Origin: Dicyema japonicum
Lineage: Eukaryota > Animalia > Dicyemida
Direction: 5' to 3'
Assembly: GCA_011109175.1 (NCBI GenBank)
Contig: RDEW01000009.1
Coordinates: 516,875-580,874, forward strand
Length of the DNA stretch: 64,000 nucleotides
Below, piece after piece: positions 54,500 through 64,000 of the stretch. Each line of letters starts with the position of its first letter. The stretch's first letter is position 1. The translations under genes were made by a program, and so were the position numbers. Below the pieces are notes generated by a model, which ran no database searches, was not told the origin of the DNA, and was given only the letters and a program-made list of their open reading frames with translations.

Positions 54500-55760
54500 T
54501 GAATATTCTTCCGACAGATGGGGAATATCTAAATACAGAAATATAACACTTTTATTGGGTAGTAATCATGAAACTGATTTAGCTAGCAATCTTGAGTTTT
54601 ATATTGTGGTTGACGAAGAAACCAAACAATTTTCGGGTTAGTACTTTCATGGAGACAGAGTCGAAGGCCTTCTGTAAATCGACGGGCAAACGACGGTTTC
54701 GAGGTTGCGAGAATTTGTGTTAAGCCCTCGAAGATAAATTGATTAAGGGCAGTGAAATGGGTAGAGGTTGAAAACCTTCTGAATTCATGTTGTGAGAATG
54801 AAAAAGGAAGGGACGTATTATAAGATTAAGCATCAGTTTTCCAATAATTTTGATAAGGTGCATAGTAAAGAGATTGGTCGAAATGATGCAGGATTGTCCT
54901 TAGATTTGCCAGGCTTAAGGATTGTGCTTATATACGACAGTTCCCACCGGGATCACTTAATTAGACGATAACTTTTATCCCATTTCTTGTGATTTGGGGT
55001 TAATAAAATGGTATTCATGTTTATTGAATAGTTGAAATTCACATCAATCCAAGGTATTTTAGTAAGATAACAGGGATAAAATCAGACCAAATGAAAGAGA
55101 AGATCCATCACTGACATCTGAATTTGAGAAAAAGCTGATCGGCTGGGTTCTCTTCGGTCTTATTGACCATTTTCCTGAAACTTTCGTGGCTTATATGGAG
55201 TAATACTTTACAGGTTTGTTACGACTGTGCTGATCGTTTGTTGTCTTGTGTTGAAATTTCCTTTAGGGCCAAATTGTTAGATTGCTCTCCAGACCGTCTG
55301 AGCGGATTTCTGAAATGAGAAGAACGGTACTAGTTTGTCCAATTTGTTGGCTCCAGCTCTTCTAATCCTTTTTGATATTTCTTCATTGAGAGTTTTCTTG
55401 ATTTTTCTGTCCGGGAAAGGAAGGTACATGCCTTATTAGCTGTTCCTTTCTTTAATTAATGATTTAGTGTTAAGATAGAGTTTTTCAGGAATGAATGTTC
55501 TCCGCGCCACGAGAAAAATGCTATTTAAAAAGTCAATAGCTTCATCTATTGAGCTGAATGTCTCCATGTCAAAGTTTAGTAGTGCTGTGGTCAGAAGATA
55601 ATCCACAATGTATCGTCCAAGGTGTGTCCGGTACAAGGTTAAGAGAGAAGATAATGTCCAGGGACGTTGATGATTCGTTTACTTGTAAGGAGTGCTTCCT
55701 GGGATTGTTGAGGAAAGTCAGAGAGGTGAGCTGGTTTATTAAGAACAGCCCTCATGAATC
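54500..55760 (-). mobile_element. Degraded APE-RT LINE interrupted by a ~65-nt hairpin insertion
   Basis: ILKPGKSKDNPASFRPISLL, VDLQKAFDSV. Confidence 0.7.
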
Positions 55761-55829
55761 TGAGGCTGTGGTTTTCGTGGTTGTTTAGCTTGTTTAAGTT
55801 TAGCAAGAATCCTTTAGGGAATGAGGATG

Positions 55830-57720
55830 GAGAAGACGTAGATATTACATTAAAATTTCTCCAAACTGGAGAGCAGCTGGATGCGATGGAGTGTGCAATT
55901 TCTTTATTAAGAAATTAACATCAATACATGACTCTTTTTGTGAAGAAATCGTCAAGATGGTGAATACTCACCTCAAGAGTGGTTTTACATGGGAATAACA
56001 TATTTGATCCCAAAAAAGTTAATTGTAAGTCTCCAAAAGACTTGAGACCTATTACCTGTATGCCAAATATGTACAAGATGACAACGAAATGTGTGAATAA
56101 GAAACTATCAGACTACATTGAAGCATATAGACTGATTAGTGACAACCAACTGGGAACTCGTAGATTCTGTCAAATGGGCCAAAGAGCAAGCACTAATACA
56201 GCTTAACAAAAAACAGTGTATCAATCAGGAGAACGGGATAATTTGGCTACTGCCTGGATAGACGTTAAAAAGGTTTTCGATTCCGTGGATCATGATTTCC
56301 TGAATAAAGTACTTAAGACATCTGGATTGCCTGTTTGGATCGTTAATTTTATTAAAAACTTGGTAACTAAATGGAAGATTAAATTGACATTTAGTCAGAA
56401 AATGATTGGAGTAGTGAAAGTGAAAAGGGGGATCCACTGTCCCCTCAGATCTTTGTCCTTGTGATGGATGTGTTAAGCAAATCATTAAATGAAAAATTTC
56501 GAGAGTGATAATTAACAATCCAGATCGGATGTCACTAACATACGCAACAAATCATCTATTGTTTATGGACTGTTAAGAATGATGAATCAATCAATGCTTT
56601 CTTTGAGGCTGCTGGACTTGAAAAGAATTTTGATAAGTCAGCAACAAATGTACGTAGCTCCTCTGAGTAGGCAAAGTTACTTGATGGACTTGATGGTCAC
56701 CGCTAGCTGGGAGTGCTTTAAGATAAGTCAAGCAGTGTTTTGAAGAATGATGTATTGAAGGCAATTTTTGATACTATGAACAAGAAAATAAATAATTTAG
56801 CAGATACGAAACCTAACTCTGCTAATAAAAAGGAAGTCTTTGCATTCAACTATCTTTGAATGTTTCCAAGAAACAAATACGGACATTACGGAATCCTCCA
56901 CATGGTTAATGCATGGGAACAATTCTCCACGCTCAGAAGGAAACATTGTGTCTGGTTCAAGACCGTAATTTGTTTTTTGAAACTGGTGAGCAAGCAAGTT
57001 GCAGTCACTGCCACTCTGCAAGAAATCAGTTGATCATTTGGCAACCAGATGCGGACGAATGCTTAATAGTGATTATTTGAAGAGACACAATGAAGTAAAA
57101 AATGTATTCATCTGCATCTGTGTCGCCAATTCGGAATCAAGCAGTCGAAGAAATTGAAGAACCATTCGGTCCAATCTGTAGTGCTAATGAAGCTGTTGAG
57201 ATCAGAGTTGACTCACTATAACTACTGATACAAATATTCTGAACAATAAACCAGACATTTTCGTAGTGGACAAATTAAGGAGAAAGATAACATTAATTGA
57301 AGTTGGAATCACTTCACAGAAAAATTTGAAGAATGTTGAAATTGAAAAATTCCTACAAGTACGATCTTTTAGCAAGCGAACTTGTTTTATTGCACGAAGC
57401 GAAAGTTACAATTATCCCCGTTGTTTTAACCTGGGATGGAATCGTCACCAATATTACAAACATTATCTTAATTCCCTTAAAATTGAATACCCGGTCAGAG
57501 CATGTATACAGACCATTACACTAAAGAAAACTCTTGAAAGTATGTGTGTTGACTAATAAACATGGAATTAAAACTCAAGATAACGAATTTTCCCAGATGA
57601 TTTATTATTTCCTGATCATGAGACCGAGAAATGGAATTTAATGACGAAGCTTTGGATGAGAATATCCTCACAATATTTCTGATAAAACCGATGAACAGGA
57701 GAACTATGAAATGATATCCA
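55830..57720 (+). mobile_element. Degraded R4/Dong-like RT-RLE element
   Basis: DLRPITCMPNMYK, NQLGTRR, AWIDVKKVFDSV, NKPDI, LIEVGIT. Confidence 0.88.
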
Positions 57721-57779
57721 CTGAGACTGATAACGTGCTTGAAAAGTCGAACAATGGGCAATCACTAGACAAGACAGCT

Positions 57780-60700
57780 GTTTCTCCTGGTTCTCTTCGA
57801 CGTCACCTCTGAGTTCAGAGCCTCTTAGATATGAATAGTCACTATTGTAACCTCATCATCATAGTTATCAACTTTCAACCCATGTCTATGCTCGATTATC
57901 ATGCTCTCTAAAGTTTTTTTAATCGTCATTGATTATGTACGCCCTTGTAGAGACATCCACGTTGAGTCTTTCCATATAGGACTTGTAGTAATTTGTTACT
58001 ACTCCATCTTCTGTCAAAACAATCGGAATTATTGTCACCTTGGCCTTGTGAATTTGTGCTAGTTCTTGCCAGAAGGTCGTATTTGTGGAGTTTTTCCACT
58101 TCAACATGTTTTAGCAAATCTTGGGAAGTGATCCCTACTTCTATTAGTATTATTTCGTTTTTGATTTATCGTGTACGAAAATATCAGGTTTGTTATTTTT
58201 AAGTTGTGTATTCGTCTGTAGTGTTATATCCACTCGTATTTCAACTTTACTGTTTGAAATAATCGATTGTACTGTATGCGTCCTTACCATCTTGGTTCAT
58301 TTAATTCCAAATTGACGACATAGGTGTATTTTTCTTACAACTTCGTTACGTCGCCGCATGTACGAACCGCTAAGCATCTTGGTACACGTGTAGCCAGGTG
58401 ATTTAGACTTTTTTGACCATACACAATGACTGCAAATTGCTTTCATCTTTTCAAAGAACAGATTCCGATCATGCATTCCGACTTTGGACTATTGTTTCTC
58501 CCAGTAAGCCATTCTGTTGATATATTGACATCGACATTCGTATTTTCAAAACATTTAAATATAATTGAATGAAGCAATTTCTGATTAGTCTTCTACAAAT
58601 AATTCTACTTTTGATATTCTTTTATATGTCAGTGTTCAAATTAGATAGGTCATCCAGATTGTATTTGAGTGCAATAAATCTTGCGATAGTGGTCATATAT
58701 GTTTTCCTTTGTTTTAAGACCCGCAAGATTTATGTCCTTCAAAGACTCATGGAAAATTTCCTCTCAAGGTCGGTCAAAAAACGAAAGAACATGCATTCAA
58801 TCTAATAAGAAATTGAGGTTTATCCACTCCAAAACTATTCCAGCTGAGATATATTCGTTCTTTGTTAGCAGGTTTTAAATGTACTCGTAAGTTAGTATAC
58901 CGGATTTCTAAATCAATAGCTTTAAATTCACGTGGTTCAATGTCGATAAGCCCAATGTAATAATTATATAGCGAGAATGCGTATTCATTTATCGCTTTAA
59001 ACAAGTTTACAGCGTTTAATTTCGAATTCGCCAGCATCTCTATCCTTTTCTTCACATTTTCAGCAATTTTTTTAAACTTTATCTTTCATAACCTTACTCC
59101 CTTTATCTTCTAGCATTCCAAGATAGTGATGTCCCTCACAACCATTTAGATAACTTGTATCTTTGGCACATTTCAGATTAGTTGCAGACTTTTCACAGTT
59201 TCTTTTAAGGTCAGCAACACCCAGATATTCATTAATATCCTCCATCATTTTTAGAATAGTATTTTCATATTCGGCTATTATTTTCAGGTCGTCAATAAAA
59301 AGAAAATGGTTAGTCGCAAATGTCACAATAGACGGATCACTCTGATCAATACATATCTTCGGGAATTTTATATTTAATTATTAAAGCCTGTTCTTTTGCA
59401 CCTTGGCACTGCCTTCTTGCTCCAAGCTGATTATCCGAGATAAGATTGAGCCCCTCAATATAATCCGTAAGTTTTGTATTAACAAATTTGTGACAAGTTT
59501 GTACAATATAGGCATGCAGGTCGTAAGTCATTCGGAGAACAGCAGTCTTCTTTTTTCGGAATGAGGTACGTAATCCCAGTATAGAACCATTCTTCCGGGC
59601 AATATTCACCACTCACTATCTTGATAATCTCTCCACTCAGATAACTATGAGGAGAATCAAATTTCTTGACAAAAAATCCATATACTCCATCACAGCCAGA
59701 GCTCTTCCAATTCGGCGTATAGTGAATAATGTTCTTAACAAACTCAACGGTAACTCCTCTGCTCCTGTTATTTCGCCTCCCAACAATATTTCTGTGAGAA
59801 TAATTCTGATCCTTTTCCCATACATCTTTCCAAAACACGCACTCATCTTCTGTAACTTTACAATCATTTATTATTGACGTCATCGTTAAGCCTCCTCTTG
59901 TTCAGCTCAAAACAAAAATTATCTCGTCTAAAGGATTTTCTTGATTCATGAATTGAGATTTTTTTCCATGATCTTGATTTTGTCTTCAATTAGGGTAGAG
60001 ATACTTTTTAGTTCTCCCTTCTGATTTCTTGTATCAAAAGAGCATAAAACATCAAGAGGTTTTTCCCTTTCTTCCCTTGACTGCTTCCCAGTAAACTCAT
60101 AGACTAAGACACAATTCTCTTTGAATTTTGCAATTCTCTTCTCTACGTTTTCCCTCCAACAGCTTTTTACTGATTGCTTCTTTGTCAAATTTTCATATGC
60201 GCATTGTGCAGCATATATAATGTCAGTTATCTCATTCATGTCCGTTGGCGGAGATGATGACACATAATTTGATATCACTGCATTTAATGTAGTAAGAACA
60301 TCCTTTTTAAGCAACTTATATGGAATCTTCTGTGTGGGTTTCCTTCCATCTCGGGGAACTGATTTAACTCTTTCAATTTGAACATAAAATTCTTCTTTGC
60401 ATCTTCCATACATGGAAATTTCTGTTTTTGGTAAGTTGTTCTCTGAGTCTCCTGATCCGATTAAAGCATCTCGACTTTTCTGGTCCACGCGCGTATTTTT
60501 TATAAGGCTTTACATTCAATAGTTTTCTAGCGCCGAGTACACTTTTATGAGTGGAGAAACGAGCATTGAATTACTGGACGATGAGACTCCATCCACCCTA
60601 AGAGATTCTCCTGAATCTTTTTCGCAGAGTTGACAAACTGTTGAGATCCACTTGATCCTGTCACCTGATCGAATCTCAGTGATTAATGCTTTGAGGGACA

Positions 60701-60790
60701 GCAGATGAGAGAGATTTCATAGATCGTGCTAGTTCCATTGGCATCATGTAGTCCTGAAGACACACTTCTCTCGGTTTCTATCTTCAATAT
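57780..60790 (-). mobile_element. Degraded, near full-length R4/Dong-like RT-RLE element, tail-to-tail with the previous one
   Basis: PNWKSSGCDG, NQLGARR, NHFLFIDDLK, YLGMLED, EVGIT, KLHKYD. Confidence 0.88.
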
Positions 60791-61299
60791 TCTCTGTAAG
60801 ACAGCCTCAGGATTTGTTTGCAAACTGGTGAAAACAGACATACACACCACCACTAGAACATAAATTATTATGTATGCTATATAATAATAAAAGCCTTTTC
60901 ACGAGAGCCATAATATTTATATCTCCGCATAGGCAGGACACACACTTTATTTAAGTAAAGAACAGTTAATTTTAACTAATCGTAGAACCAAGGAATGATC
61001 TTCACTTCTTTTTTTTCTTTTTCTTGTGTGTGGGTCCTTTCCAGACAATCCAGTTCTGTAGTGAGTATCCACTGATGACGGCGTCACTCGTCAATCCCTT
61101 TTAGCATCGTAGATGCTTGGAACTTTTCACCAGGTGAACAGCAGCGAGAATCGAACCCGTAACCTAAGCCACTTTAGCCGACACCTATAATAATAAATTT
61201 AATTTTTATAAACTTAATAATAAATATCTCTCTTTTCTTTCCTTAATAAAAAGTTTTATAAATTTAAGAATAAATATTTTCTAATTTAAAAAAATCAGT

Positions 61300-63450
61300 G
61301 ATTAAAAAATCGCCCCTTGGAAGAAAGAAGGTCGTCTCTGAGGGGCGATATGGTAGATTTACAGTCGCTTAAAAAGATAAACAAAACCATCCGAGTAGAA
61401 CAATGAAAAACGACAGATAGGTGATAGCAGGTGATATTGGAAGGGCATCGTCAGCAAAGCCAGTTACGGTTAAGGCCAAAATACCTCAGAGGTCACGTGA
61501 TAAAATACATACTGAAATTTCGGAGATATTCTTTCAGCTAAATCATCTGTGCTCGATTGTGCATGTGGTTTTATTAATTGTGACCTTGGCTTTGAAAAAG
61601 CAAGATGTTAGAGAAAACAAGGAGAGCTGCAATTAAGCTCTCTCTGAACAAGAAGCTGAGTGATAGTCTATGCGAGAAGGAAAATATTCTGCTAGTACCA
61701 ATTAGCAGGACTGTGGAGGATTGAATCGACGGTTTCAGGAGGAAATCAAAGACCAAGGACACATACATAAGACTGAGAGAATCGTTTTGAGAGAATAAAT
61801 TAAGGAGGGAAAGTCTAGGTGCAGAGTTCAAGCCTTGAGGTAGGGCTAAAATGTAATACTCCTCCAAATAACTCTTCACTCTGATTTGAAGCAGGCAAGT
61901 CTTCTTGCATTCCCAGTGATCCCAAAAGAATCTTTCTATCCACTCAATGCTGTGTCCTAAGGTACAGTAAGACCTATACCACCAAAACCAACAAGAAGAG
62001 ATAACCGAAGCCATCAGTAGTCATCGAAATGTATATTTAAAATCACTTAAACGACTGACATAATTTCACCGTCAATGAGAGATAGAATATCTTATTTATC
62101 ATAACAGGGGGAACTTCGGAGGTTGAAAAGGATTTTAGAAACAGGAGGCAGTTTTTGAGCGTAAAAATCCATCATGATTCTCTAGAAAAATCAAACTGTT
62201 GGCAAACCTGACCAGAAGCGTTATTTATCATCCTACGATTCCCTTATTCGATTTCTTATTATTTCACACCAAAAAATTCAAGAGAGGGAAATTTGAGACA
62301 ATATCCTCTATTTGTATTCGAAAAAAGGTAAAACATTCAGCACTCATGATCGGAAAGAAAAAGAAGGGGACCGCTTTCATTTCCAAAAACGAGGGAAAGA
62401 CTCGAATAAAGTAAATGAACAAATGGATAAATTTTCGATGTTCTTTTCATGCTAACGCCAAGTAGGACATCTTTGACAGAGTTAAAGGCTTTCGCAAATC
62501 CAATTTCTCCTCAGATTCAGATAATAGCTTTACGAACTTTTTTGCCTTATTGATCCCCACTTCGCATCCGCCTTTGATTCCCACGCCCGGCTGTAAAGAG
62601 TTAATGTCGCCTGAAATATTCACAATTACTGATCGACAAGCAATCTTTTTGACAAACGATGGAGAATTTTACTGACTGTAATGGGACGATTTCCACCGTC
62701 TTTCTTTCCCAGCGTAGTTAAGTTTTCAGAAAATAGGATTTTACGTCAAAAATCGAAGCATTCTAGAAAGCGACGCGTTCAAAAGATTCAAAATTCTTCC
62801 AGATAGAAGTGTAGCTGACTGACCAACAAATTGAGATAAAAGGTCCATGAGATGTCCGGATTTAAAACCATCAACTCCCCTAATACTAATCCTTCAGCAT
62901 CATGAAGGTCGGCATAATGAGCGGTCTCTCGAAGACAGACAGGCGTATAGAGATTGTTTATAATTGGAGGTTGCTTTTACCTTAGAAGAGAAACTGTCTC
63001 AAGGGAACAATTCGCTAGGCTTGAATCAGTACACACAGTCCGAAGTGCCAGAGTCAGATCTTTTTACATCAATTTTTTTCTAGTGTATGAACGAAGCATT
63101 TCAAGCCACGAGGACGGTTGGCTGATAAATGAGGTTAGTGGTGTCCTTAAAGCTAAGTACCTGAAAGACAAAGGCATAATCCAGTCTCTTTTAGAGTCAT
63201 TGAGAATAACTTTTTAAATACAAGACACGAGTTCAGAGGAAAAAACCTAGAGGATCCTAACAAGAATACCTTTTTGCGTTGATTATTTGAGATGACAGTC
63301 AACAACGATTCTGTGGTGATATGATCGATATTTTCCAATTGGGAGGTACTTTTGTATTGATGACAAAATTATGAAAAACTATCTGCTCACATCGCTCATT
63401 ACCAACTAATTCCAGTGGAGAAAGCTTAATCGTTTTTTTCACTCATAGAA
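61300..63450 (-). other. Probable unidentified protein-coding gene (Leu/Ser-rich) with micro-introns and indels
   Basis: Coding-like composition, several minus-strand ORF pieces, intron-like segments; no recognisable domain. Confidence 0.3.
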
Positions 63451-63646
63451 CACGCTATGCCTGCTGTCAGCTTAGTATTTTATTAAATAGACACAACTCT
63501 TTTGAACTGACAGACACAAGACACACAACTCTACTGGAGAGAGCAAAAAGGACACAGACGAACTTATTTTATTATATGAATAAGACTATAGAAGCAAGAA
63601 AGACAAAACTAACAAAAAATTGAACGAGGGTTAACCACTAAAAAGA

Positions 63647-64000
63647 TTAAGAATCCGCATAGACATCATCATCGTCAATGATGACAGTCTTCATCCTAAA
63701 ATTTAGAGAATAACGATAACCTTTAAAACTCTCGACTGGCACGTGATACATTAGTAATCCAATCTTCAGATTCATCTTGACGTTCCTACTTATACGACTC
63801 TAATGCGTTTTGGAACATTTCTGAGTGGTAAAAATGAGTTACTTTATTCCATTCTTCCACAAAAATTATTAAGCTCAACGTCAATTTTGACATTGTCGAC
63901 GCACATGCACTTCTTCGCAAATTTTTCGATAACCTTCACTGCAAGTGGGGCACGAGATTTCGATTTTCTTAATTATTAAAAATGAGAAGAATACTTTCCG
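63647..64000 (-). CDS. RPL31: 60S ribosomal protein L31 (5' part outside the window; several 1-2 nt deletions)
   Basis: KSRAPLAVKVIEKFAKK..VKIDVELN..WKNGIK/NVPKRIRV..VPVESFK/..KTVIID; three micro-introns. Confidence 0.85.

Noticed and set aside
61065-61130. Hammerhead ribozyme (CTGATGA)
   Set aside because: No GAAA core after a stem II and no supporting helices.
63647-64000. Insertional RNA editing of nuclear mRNA
   Set aside because: The missing bases lie mostly in homopolymer or doublet contexts typical of sequencing error; there is no positive evidence.

Overview
AT-rich eukaryotic nuclear DNA from a highly compacted animal genome. The ADAM17, VIRMA and CHRAC1 genes and 22-30 nt spliceosomal micro-introns suggest a reduced parasitic metazoan such as a dicyemid or myxozoan; the taxon is an inference. 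The micro-introns fragment the ORF track, so I rebuilt genes by hand. Host genes: pyruvate carboxylase (20 introns), virilizer/VIRMA, ADAM17, CHRAC1, a small single-Myb protein, OTU1/YOD1, a SENP/Ulp1 SUMO protease, a damaged SmD3 copy and a partial RPL31. They are interleaved with many decayed transposons: APE-RT LINEs, RTE, CRE-like and R4/Dong-like RLE elements, two Ginger-like integrases, hAT-type ends and tRNA-like SINE heads. Main observations: (1) a covarying stem-loop that encloses the stop codon of one LINE family, in about 12 copies including a hairpin-only insertion; (2) two CRE-like insertions with the same inversion-plus-duplication geometry; (3) an integrase family carrying position-conserved micro-introns; (4) introns with almost no splice consensus and stop-protected 3n introns; (5) an excess of CACGTG. 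Some single-base frameshifts look like assembly errors.
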